Shown: positions 21,701-31,418 of the stretch, one piece after another
How the letters are laid out: each line of letters begins with the position of its first letter
How positions within the stretch are numbered: position 1 is the stretch's first letter
Assembly: GCA_018985235.1 (NCBI GenBank)
Contig: JADGIG010000043.1
Span: forward strand, 1-33,449
Source of the DNA: Sanchytrium tribonematis
Taxonomy: Eukaryota
Length of the DNA stretch: 33,449 bases
Direction of reading: 5' to 3'
Translations under genes and position numbers: made by a program
The notes under the pieces: model-generated
Database searches by the model: none
Told to the model about the DNA's origin: nothing
The model's input: only the letters and a program-made list of their open reading frames with translations

Positions 21701-22946
21701 TTATTGTTGACCACATTGAACTCGCTCTCCATGCATATGTTCGTCCTCATCGTGGTCTCTACCGCCAGACTCCTGTTCTAGGTCTCGAATATCACGATCA
21801 GTAACACTAGAAACATTAACTGGGAGAGCATCTTTAATTTGAGCATTGCTTGGTTGCTCAGCATCCCAAGGCAGAAGCTTCTTTAAGGCATCGATATTTG
21901 AGGGCGTAAAAAAGTTTGGAGCTGGGAATTGTACATCGAATAAAACAAATAAATTACCTTTTTGATGGTGTCTTCTGGTTGGCATTCCTTCTGCGCCTAT
22001 CATTTTAGTTGATCCTAAATTAAAATCATTTACCAGGCTGTATTTCGTTTGCACCCACACTGATACTCATGGCTCTATTGTCCAAATGATTTAAGACAAT
22101 GGTTCCTCCACAAAGGGCAGTGCTTAAAGGAACCTTGACAGAAGTTGTCAAGTGATTGCCTTTTCTTTGAAACTTATCGTGTGATTGCACGTCTAGAATT
22201 ATCACAACATCACCTGGAATAACATCTGGTTCTTGATCACCTTCGCCGGCAAATCTTATCGTTTCTTCGTGCTCCATTCCTTTTTCAATATGAACTTCCA
22301 AGATCTTTCTCTCTTTAGAAGTGCATTTTCCATTGCAAGATCTACATAAATTAGCTGGATCGATGGATTTTCCTTGGCCTTTGCAGGTTGGACAAACAGT
22401 TTGCATTTGTTGAATCATAGGTCCGATTTGTCGAACAATCATTTTGACTCCACTTCCTCTGCAGTCGGAACATGTACTTTTCATTCCCTTCTCCTTTGCA
22501 CCGCTTCCATCGCATTGAGGGCATAATATAGTCTTGTTTAAAGCGAGTTTAGTAGTCTTGCCTTTGTAAACATCCTCCAAAGTAACTTTCAAGACATGTG
22601 CTACATCTTTTCCTTTCTGCTGTCTTTGACCACGGCCGCCTCCACCGCCAAACATACCTCCAAAAGACCCACCAAAAAAGCTACTGAAAATATCTTCAGC
22701 ATTGTGAAATCCTCCCATATTACCAAGACCCTGTTCACCATATTGATCGTACATTTGTCTTTTCTCTGGATCACTCAGAACCTCAAAAGCTGCGCTGATA
22801 TCTTTAAATTTTTCAGCAGCTTCAGGAGAGCTATTTTTATCTGGATGATATTTTAAAGCCAATTTTCTATATGCCTTTTTGATGTCATTTTCTCCAGCAC
22901 CAGGACTCACATTTAATAAATCATAAAATTTAGTTTCTTTTACCAT
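21701..22946 (-). CDS. YDJ1: Type I Hsp40 (Ydj1/DNAJA); join of 22946..22034 and 22014..21701
   Basis: [10 protein letters not shown]-domain with HPD, G/F region, CxxCxGxG zinc fingers, GEGDQEP, EGMP, C-terminal CaaX CGQQ. Confidence 0.93.
22015..22033 (-). other. 19-nt intron (gtaaatgattttaatttag)
   Basis: Removal gives [16 protein letters not shown], joining the two ORFs. Confidence 0.93.
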
Positions 22947-22972
22947 TGTAAATTGTGAAAACTTTTTGAAGG

Positions 22973-22990
22973 GGAAATTCTCGAAGAATC
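22973..22990. promoter_or_regulatory. Candidate heat-shock element upstream of YDJ1
   Basis: GGAaaTTCtcGAAgaATC: inverted nGAAn units at 5-nt spacing (two perfect), 27-44 nt upstream of the Hsp40 ATG. Confidence 0.4.
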
Positions 22991-23232
22991 AAATTTGTCT
23001 CGAAGTGTTATCGATTCGACCGTGTAACCATCATTATAAAAATTTGCCAACATTTTAAGGACTATGCATATCAGATCTTTTGTGTTGTGGTTAATAGATC
23101 GGTAAGTAATTATGTATTGTGTCGCAATTTTAAAATCATTTAATTTAACCACAATGGTGGTCTAATTGAACCATTTGTATTATGAAAGGTCAGATATTAA
23201 CAAAATGTACATATTGGGCTTAAGGATATCTA

Positions 23233-24225
23233 ATGTTAACGCAACAAAAACCATCTATGCTAAAAGGGGCTTTGAAAACAATGACACACTTTGACAATCA
23301 AGTTGATGTTTTCGATTACGTCAAATCTGTTTACGCAGATGCCGTTTCATGCATAAGGCTAAAAGGTGGAGCTGTCAATTACGTTTACAGGATTGGTCTC
23401 GAATCCACATCAGTAATTCTAAAGCACTATGGTCCAACATTAGCTTCTAATAAGGAGTTTCCATTTTCTCAAGATCGATATTTTGTAGAAAAAGAAGCAT
23501 TACTCAAGTTTTCTTCGATATCGACAAAAGATTTTAAAGTCCCAAAGTTGTTGTATTTTAAGGATGAAGACTATGTCATAATTATGGAAGATGCTGGCGA
23601 GGATTCAATTTCGCTGATGACTTATTTTAAAAAGAATGAGCACCATCTTGATATGGACAACATTGACACTAAAATAATTAATTTTTTGCTTAAACTTAAC
23701 TCAATAGACGTTAAAAGACTATCTCCAATTTTTAAGAATACCTTAGCAAGGCAAACCGTCTCCACATTCTATAAGAATCTTCAAATATATGTTGAGAAAT
23801 CAAAATCCGAATCTTTGCTCCATTATTCTGGATCAAAAATGCCTGCAATTCCTGCAAGCCCGGTTATTATATTTGGAGATTTGTGGCCCAACTCTCTTCA
23901 TATAAACCTAAAAAGCAAAACAATTTGGATTATTGACTGGGAGTTTGCTCGGTTTGGATCTGCATTTGAGGATGTATCCCAGTTCATCGCAAATATTTGG
24001 CTAATGGAACAAAAGTATAAAGAATACGAAATTGAACGGGTTCGTGATTTTCGAAATTCTTTTATACAAAAATACTTAAATCTAGTAGGAAGCGGTTCTC
24101 AAAGTGATGCAGTAAGGTTTCTTGTGTATGTAGTCTTGCTTGTGCATTTGCCTAGTTGGGATTTTAATTCTCCACAAAAAATAATAGAGGACGCCGCTGC
24201 AGCATCTTCCACCATATTTAAATAA
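23233..24225 (+). CDS. APH / methylthioribose-kinase-like phosphotransferase
   Basis: RLKGGAVNYVYR, SVILKH, R...EKEAL, IIMEDAG, FGDLWP, IIDWEFARFG. Confidence 0.78.
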   Translation: MLTQQKPSMLKGALKTMTHFDNQVDVFDYVKSVYADAVSCIRLKGGAVNYVYRIGLESTSVILKHYGPTLASNKEFPFSQDRYFVEKEALLKFSSISTKDFKVPKLLYFKDEDYVIIMEDAGEDSISLMTYFKKNEHHLDMDNIDTKIINFLLKLNSIDVKRLSPIFKNTLARQTVSTFYKNLQIYVEKSKSESLLHYSGSKMPAIPASPVIIFGDLWPNSLHINLKSKTIWIIDWEFARFGSAFEDVSQFIANIWLMEQKYKEYEIERVRDFRNSFIQKYLNLVGSGSQSDAVRFLVYVVLLVHLPSWDFNSPQKIIEDAAAASSTIFK

Positions 24226-25115
24226 ATTGCTGAATCATTTATTGAGTATAAGAAAAACCAGTGCAAAGAGTTCGAAATATCCAACTTCTCTAAATGTCTG
24301 GGATGTTCTTGACTGCACAATATCAAGAGCACTTCAATGAATTGATATGGCAGTACGTATCCAAGTGTAGTGCGCAACTTGAGAGGTTCGATGAGTTCGA
24401 ATTGTCTAGTGAAATTCAGACACTGATCTTTAGTCATCCATATACTGTTCCCAGAGATCTTGTCGTACATCCTCTCAATTGGACCCTTAAGAAACTTGAG
24501 CATGCTGTGTAATTTTTGGCTGGCATATTCCACAGGAATATTGAAAACAGTATCAGGACTGAGCAACAAACTTTGTTCAGCGAGACCATCCTTATATTGA
24601 GTTTCAATTAAATGGCCAGTCGGGGTTATAGTGTTGAATTTACCTTGTTTTACGTTTAGATAAAATTCGCCTTCATGACAATTGCCGTCTTTGTCTAAGT
24701 AGCTACCCCAGCCGCTAAATTTACCACAATTAAAATTCCCTACAAATTTTACTATGTTGTTAGGATGGAAGAATCTTAATTGTCCGTTCCCATTCATTGT
24801 GAAATTTTGAAATTCACCGCAATATAAAAATTCTGTTGTTTTCAGTGTTCCATACATGATGTCTTTTTCACTAAATACACCTTCATATTCTAAAGTTCCA
24901 CATTGCAAGTTTCCTGAATAATTTTTATTGATTTTGTCATAAGTCAAGTCATTTGCAATAAAAATGGAGCCAAGATTGACCTCATCAGATTCCAGCTTAT
25001 GTGTAATTTCAATTTGAGGTGAGATTGGTGGTTTTTTCATTAAAAAGAAGTCACTGATTTTAATTTTTGGTTGCGGTTTGAACATTATAATGCACTTATG
25101 ATTGGTGAAATTCAT
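24099..25115 (-). CDS. MORN-repeat protein
   Basis: YEGVF, YCGEFQNFTMNGNG, FVGNFNCGKFSGWG, HEGEFYLNVKQGKF repeats; 3' end uncertain because it overlaps the opposite gene. Confidence 0.68.
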   Translation of the reverse strand: MNFTNHKCIIMFKPQPKIKISDFFLMKKPPISPQIEITHKLESDEVNLGSIFIANDLTYDKINKNYSGNLQCGTLEYEGVFSEKDIMYGTLKTTEFLYCGEFQNFTMNGNGQLRFFHPNNIVKFVGNFNCGKFSGWGSYLDKDGNCHEGEFYLNVKQGKFNTITPTGHLIETQYKDGLAEQSLLLSPDTVFNIPVEYASQKLHSMLKFLKGPIERMYDKISGNSIWMTKDQCLNFTRQFELIEPLKLRTTLGYVLPYQFIEVLLILCSQEHPRHLEKLDISNSLHWFFLYSINDSAIYLNMVEDAAAASSIIFCGELKSQLGKCTSKTTYTRNLTASL

Positions 25116-25179
25116 TTCTAACTGACCTCATTGGTGCTCGTGGGTCTCCTATTAAACCGCTGATCACCCTCGCTGAACC

Positions 25180-26013
25180 ATGATACTCGAGTACGATAAC
25201 AAGTATGTAAATTGGGTTACCGATTCTACGTTTTGTGAAGGAAAATTTGGACATTTTGAATATCTGAACACACTAACATCTCCTTTTATTTCATTAGTTG
25301 GAATTTTAATATGCATACGCATACAAAAGAGCCAGCTGCTATTTCTAAGTGGAGTTTTTTACATATGCAATGGGATTGCCAGTACGCTGTACCACCTGAG
25401 TCGCTGGTATTCTTACGGATTGATAGATTTAACTTCATTAACTTTAATGAGTATGATCTTATTTTACCACCATTTTCAAACAACCTGGATGAGATCCTCT
25501 AAAGTTTGGCTCAAAATAGTTGTGTTCACCACTATAACCACCATCTTCTTTGCATTTCTACCACTAATGGCATTTATGGGAATCAATCAAACTGGACCAG
25601 CTTATAATATCACTCCTTTGGTTTTTTTCTATCTCACAACCTCAGTAAGTGCTGGAATATATGCCAAAAAGAGCTATAAACATCTTTTGGGAGAATATCT
25701 TTCAACCCAACTTATAGGTGCATGCATTTATTTGTTAAATTATACTTATGAAAACTTTTTATGTGATGAGACGAGCACTTTTATTCCCATTCATTCAATC
25801 TTCCACATTATTGCATCGTTATGTATATACAGACTTGTAATTTTGTCATATTGCATTGAGTTTGATTTAATTTTAGTCAAGGATAAATGGCGAGACTTTT
25901 TCTTTCCCATTGCTAGCAAAAAATATTCATCTGACTTGATAAACGAACACTCAAGTGTAGATATGAACGAATCGAAACTGCTGCGACAAGATACAGGTAT
26001 TATTATGGAGTAA
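25180..26013 (+). CDS. Alkaline ceramidase-like (CREST superfamily) membrane protein
   Basis: FCE, EYLNTLTS, GIASTLYH, D, and HSIFH metal-binding motifs; ~7 TM. Confidence 0.78.
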   Translation: MILEYDNKYVNWVTDSTFCEGKFGHFEYLNTLTSPFISLVGILICIRIQKSQLLFLSGVFYICNGIASTLYHLSRWYSYGLIDLTSLTLMSMILFYHHFQTTWMRSSKVWLKIVVFTTITTIFFAFLPLMAFMGINQTGPAYNITPLVFFYLTTSVSAGIYAKKSYKHLLGEYLSTQLIGACIYLLNYTYENFLCDETSTFIPIHSIFHIIASLCIYRLVILSYCIEFDLILVKDKWRDFFFPIASKKYSSDLINEHSSVDMNESKLLRQDTGIIME

Positions 26014-26031
26014 AATTTTGTAATCTATATT

Positions 26032-27289
26032 TTATTTCTCGTTTAATTTGAAATTTACCATTTCCAAAACGCCTGCCAATGTTTCTTGACCAGTTGGAAT
26101 GATTTCCTTTGGAGAAAGAACGAAACCACCATTGAATGGTCCATTTGGTCTAAGTTCGATTGTTAATGCAAAAACCCATTCTTGACCTGGTCTTGCAATA
26201 TAGAAATAGTCGGAAGCAGTTCCAGTTGTGACATACAAGTCGATACTTTTCTCTGGTGTGTAGTACTTGCTGCTACTTTTTTTCATGACGTCACTCATTT
26301 TTTGACTTACTACTTTGAAGTCAGCTTCATTTGGAGAATCAGCTTTTGAGAATCCGTAAGGTCTCAAAATCAATTGTGAATACGAATGGAAATCAATTGC
26401 TCCACTAACACAACACAATGATCTAAAGTATTGATCAATAGCCTTTGTTTCTGGTTCTGAAAAAGCAGATGTTCCCATGTAAGTTTCTGAGTTACCATTT
26501 GAACTACTTCCACCTTGACCCCAGTGGCCGTCTTGAAAGTTTCGATTTAAGTCGGTTCTAAATTATCAAAATGTACCCTTTTGAGCCACCTTTGTTGCTG
26601 CTTCTATTTTTTCTCCACATTCTATCGCTATTATGTGCATAATTATAACCATCAGGATTTACGATTGGGACAATCACAAACTCAGCACGGTCCAACAAAC
26701 TTACATATTTAGGGTCCTGATCTTTGTACCCTTTGATAAATTGCCAGGTGATGTAGGCAGTAGTAGTTCCAGAGATCCATTCTCTTGCATGGATTAATGA
26801 TTCGAAATAAAATTGCTTCTTGGTTTGCTTTGAAGGGCTTGTTAAATGAATTGCAAACAAGTCTCTTCCTTCAGTTGATTTACCGATAGAAGGCACAAAT
26901 TCAACCAAATCAGGGAAAATGTCAGCTAATTTTTGGTACCATTGCTTAACTTCGTCATATGGGGAATAGTCGACGAAGAATTGCTCAAACCACTGATCAT
27001 CAGGTTGAACTGGAGCAGGTCTTTTGAATCTATTGTTACGCTCTAAGCGCTTAGATTCCGCTTCAATTTCTGCGTTCATGTCTTTCTTGAGGACCTGGTA
27101 TTGAGATGATGGAACATTCAATGCATCAAAATCCATTGTAGGCATAAAGACTTCAATAGAATGAGAGTCAGCCTTCCATACATCATACTCAAAGAGATCT
27201 TGTGCTAGGCTTGTGGATGGTTGATACACCTTGTACAAATAGTATCCCTCATAATTCTTAGAAAACAAAAGTGATATTAAAAACAACAT
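26032..27289 (-). CDS. Secreted M14A zinc carboxypeptidase with propeptide; join of 27289..26577 and 26557..26032
   Basis: IHAREWI, NPDGY, RMWRKNR, G|TDLNRNF restored by splicing, FSEPET, DFHSYSQ, IELR. Confidence 0.9.
26558..26576 (-). other. 19-nt intron (gtacattttgataatttag)
   Basis: Removal rebuilds the GxDLNRNF motif of M14 peptidases. Confidence 0.93.
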
Positions 27290-27408
27290 TCTTTCATATG
27301 GTTACAGCAGCTTTAAATATCTGGTTTAAAAAATCGCCCCATAAATTTATGGGTTTACTTCGCCATTTGCCAACGCTAGGATAAAGTGTCACAAGACGAT
27401 AACATGAT

Positions 27409-27849
27409 TTATTTTGCGTATTTCTTGGTGTAGTCCTTGGCGTTCTTTATAAATTCGTCTTTGTTGGTACGGTATAAGTCAGCTGGCTCTTGCGCTATTG
27501 GATCCTCGGCATTTGGCTCGTTCAATAACTGCACAATTGAAGCAAGAATAAGGCTAACCCTTCCTGAAGGTTTCCAGTCTTTTAATAATGAGAGGCATAC
27601 ATTTCCATCACTGTCGAAATTAGGATGATAAATTCTGGTTTTAAACAACACCTGTGGTGGCTTAAATGGAAAATCTGATGTGAATACGATATTGACTGTG
27701 AAAATTCCTTTTTCATATGGAGTTCCAGACGGCCCTTGTATCTTTGCTTGCCACTTAAGAACATCATCTTCATTAGGAATGACTTCTATTCCCTTTATTG
27801 GGTGCTCCATAATATTTTTTAATTCAACTTGAATACGTTTGACTGACAT
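27409..27849 (-). CDS. Ubiquitin-conjugating enzyme E2
   Basis: KRIQVEL, GPSGTPYEKG, FPFKPP, IYHPN, catalytic Cys in VCLSLL, WKP. Confidence 0.92.
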   Translation of the reverse strand: MSVKRIQVELKNIMEHPIKGIEVIPNEDDVLKWQAKIQGPSGTPYEKGIFTVNIVFTSDFPFKPPQVLFKTRIYHPNFDSDGNVCLSLLKDWKPSGRVSLILASIVQLLNEPNAEDPIAQEPADLYRTNKDEFIKNAKDYTKKYAK

Positions 27850-27901
27850 TTTTTCTCAAGGAGATTCGCAATAAATCTATTAATTATTATTTATTCATAG
27901 T

Positions 27902-30900
27902 TCAAGCGAAAACTTGACTAGCATCAATCTGAGTATATTCTTTCTTCTTCAGAGCTTGTCGGAAGCACAATTTGATAAATTCACACAATATAAACTGAAC
28001 TACAACTGCTATTGCTACTTTTAGCCAGGCATAACCATCTATTGGCACAAGCGTGAGAAAATCGTTTAAATATGGCACATAAATACCAAGTATCATTAAT
28101 ATTAGTGATAAAAAGAAAGCAAAAATCATCCATTTGTTCGATACAATTCCACTCTTGAATGCACTTACAGTGACGGACTTTGACCAAAATGATTGAGCTA
28201 ATTGCATGGTAGTTAGGGAAGTAAATGCAATCGTTCTCGATACTTCTTCTGGAATATCTTCCACTTTTAAAGAAATCAAGTAGATTGTCAAAGTGATAGC
28301 TGTGAGCATTAGTCCCTGAACAATAATTGTAGCTGCGATGTCTTTTGGAATAACATGACTTTTAGGATTACGAGGTTTGCGATTCATAATTCCAGGCTCT
28401 TTTGGTTCTACACCGAGGGACATGGCGGGTGGCACATCGGCAATAATATTTGCCCAAAGTGTGGATTTCGCGGTGTATGGCATTGGTACATTGATTATAG
28501 CGCTGAAAAGCATCAGAAAAATTTCGGCTGAATTGCAGCTAAGTAAATAGACTATAAATTTTACAATATTGTCAAATACTCTTCTTCCTTCTTCAACAGC
28601 TATAATTATTGTTGTAAAATTATCGTCTGCAAGAATGACATCTGCTGCTTGCTTTGTAATTTCAGTTCCAGAAAGACCCATACATATTCCGACATCTAAA
28701 TTAAAGACATTTACCTGCTTGTTTGATAGCACTTGCATCATTCACACCATCACCGGTCATTGCTACCACTTCGCCCCGAGATTGAAGTGCTTGAACAATT
28801 TTAAGCTTATTGTCAGGCGATACCCGAGCAAAAACTCTTGGAAAAGGTTTTAATTTCGGTAATTCGTCATCTCGAAGAGCGTCTATTTCGTGACCTCTCA
28901 TTGCTCGATTTTCTTGCGGATTCGAAGGATCTATCAAACCAATTTGCTTTGCAATGGCAGTTGCGGTATTGATATGATCTCCTGTAATCATAATGACTTT
29001 GATGCCACCAGATTTTGCTTTTGCGATACTCTCTTTTACGCCATCTTTAGGTGGATCTATTAACCCACAAAATCCTACGAAACATAAATTGTTTTCGCTG
29101 ATATCATTCGAAACCTTGATGGCCAAACCCAGAACTCTTAATCCAAAACTAGCCATAATATTGGAATTCTCAACCAGTTTTTTTCGCTCTTTTTCAGAGA
29201 GAGGGCTTTGAAAATTAGCTAAATTTTTAATATAGTCTTCATAGTTTTCAAAATTTGAAGGATTAAAATAGGTTGAACTGTGTTGTATAACCGACTCTGG
29301 AGCGCCTTTGACTAGCAAAATTGAAGAATTTGATATAGAGGAATAATATTGAACGCTCATGAGTTTTCTATCGCTATCAAAAGGATTTTCTGATTTTTTT
29401 TCAAATTTCAAATCATTTTCAAAAAATTCTTTCCCAAGTTTTAGCTTCTGAGACGCGCTTACTAATGGGACTTCAGTTGAATCGCCAACTCCAATAAAAG
29501 CTTTTTTAACCTCGTCATAAACAATATTAGCATTTACACAAAGAGAGCATATCATCATTATCACGGCAACAAAGGGATCTTTCGATTCCCTGTTTGCAAT
29601 TGCAACATCTTTCTGACCTTCTAAGGACTTTTTAGCATCAAATATATTTATATCTTTTGGATTTTGTCCCGTCTTGGATATTTTGATTTCATTATCGTTT
29701 GGGTTGAGACTGGTTGGGTTGCTAAATGAGTAGACCTCGGTGCCAACTGGAAGAAAGACCGAAACGCCCATTTTACCAACAGTTAAAGTTCCAGTTTTAT
29801 CGGAACAAATAGTTGTTAACGAACCAAGGGTTTCAACAATCGGTAATTTTCTAACAATCGCATTCTGCTTTGCCATTCTAGATACTCCAAGGGCCATTGT
29901 CACTGTCACAACTGCAACCAGTCCTTCTGGGATAGCAGAGATGGCAAGAACCATGCCGAATTTGACAGTTTCTAAAGCATCATTACCCCAAGCCACTCCA
30001 ATTATTACAAAAATAACGCATAGGATAATGGCTAATGCAACCAAAATCATTCCCAATCTCGCCAGCTTTCGTTGGATTGGAGATGGAGGAGTTTCTGCAT
30101 TATTAATTGCACTGCTGATCCTGCCCATCTCAGTATTATTCCCGGTTCTTGTAACCAAAACTAAAGCAGTACCTTTCGCTACAAGCGTAGTCATAAAAAC
30201 ATTTCCAGTGCATTCTCCGATGGGCACTCGTTGCTTTGACGATCGAATTTCTAACTCATTCTTTGAAATAGGTAGAGATTCTCCCGTCAAAATACTTTCA
30301 ATCACTTGTAAATTGTTATTTTCGACAACTCTTCCGTCAGCGGGAATAAAATCTCCTTCACTCAGAAGAATAATATCTCCAGGGACTAATTCACTTGCTA
30401 AAACATCCTTTTTCGACCCAGATCTTACGACTGTTGCTTTGGGGACTGATAAATTACTCAAGGCCTGCATGGCTCGATTTGCTTTCACTTCCTGAACAAA
30501 GCCGATTATCACATTTAGTACTACTACAACAGCTAGAATCGCAGCAGAGTCAAATTCTTTAACTCCTAGCTCAATTGCAATTACTACAATTAAAAGTCCT
30601 ATCATGAAATCTTTAAACTGATCGATAAACATTTTAAATATGCTAGGTTTTGGTGGCTCTGGTAATTTGTTGGAGCCATAAAAACTAGCATGTTTTTCTA
30701 CTTGTTGTAAGTCTAATCCCGTCTTCGATACTTTAAACATATCAAAAAGACGTGCAACACTTTTCTCTGTATACAATAATTGAGGTGGCAATATGTTGAT
30801 GGGTGGAAGAGAAGTAATTTGGGCAATTTCACTTTCTTTCAAAAAATCAACATTATCTATTAAATCTCGAACATTAATATTAGGTAAACCTTCGACTTGC

Positions 30901-31265
30901 TGCAAAACATAAACAGTTTGTTGGCGGAATAAATCCATTCGACTTTCCAAATGTAGCCTTTTCTTTAAATATGGGGTATTCACTTTACTTATAGCTTCCA
31001 AAAATGATGGAAATTTGCAGAAATAGGTAAAAACTAGAAAAGCGTCATCATAATCTTTTATATAATCTAGCAGCAATTCTAGTAATCTCGTCATTAAGGC
31101 TCCATTCATATCTGTAAATGCAGGCAGTCTATAATTCGCCACGTAAAGCAGCCCAGTGAATATTATTCCTGGATCTATTCCGTCAACAAGATCCATCAAA
31201 TGGATATCTATTTGCATTTCAACTGATTCCTGGCCATCTATAAAAGATTTTTCTGTTGCTCCCAT
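27902..31265 (-). CDS. P2-type cation-transporting ATPase; join of 31265..28715 and 28695..27902, ~1114 aa
   Basis: TGES, PEGL, DKTGTLT, KGAPE, DPPK, MITGD, TGDGVNDA, QA|DVGICMG restored by splicing. Confidence 0.9.
28696..28714 (-). other. 19-nt intron (gtaaatgtctttaatttag)
   Basis: Removal rebuilds the conserved ADVG.MG motif. Confidence 0.93.
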
Positions 31266-31418
31266 GTTTTACAATTTTCTCTTAATTAAATATTTGCAAA
31301 TATAATCATGTTAGTTTCACAAACAATAGATTATTTCCAACTTATAAAGGCAAAATTATTCTCCACTGAATTCTATCGACGATTCTAACAGGGTCACCAC
31401 ACCTGGCGACGTATCATT

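Noticed and set aside
24290..24313. Possible minus-strand intron ending ...catttag that might shorten the MORN gene
   Set aside because: No GT 19-20 nt upstream; the nearest GT gives 24 nt, starts GTC, and preserves the frame, so it does not remove the overlap.
29740..30495. 251-aa plus-strand ORF and other short antisense ORFs (e.g. 14707-15108, 20790-21119, 33201-33395)
   Set aside because: Shadows of conserved genes on the opposite strand with no recognisable motifs.
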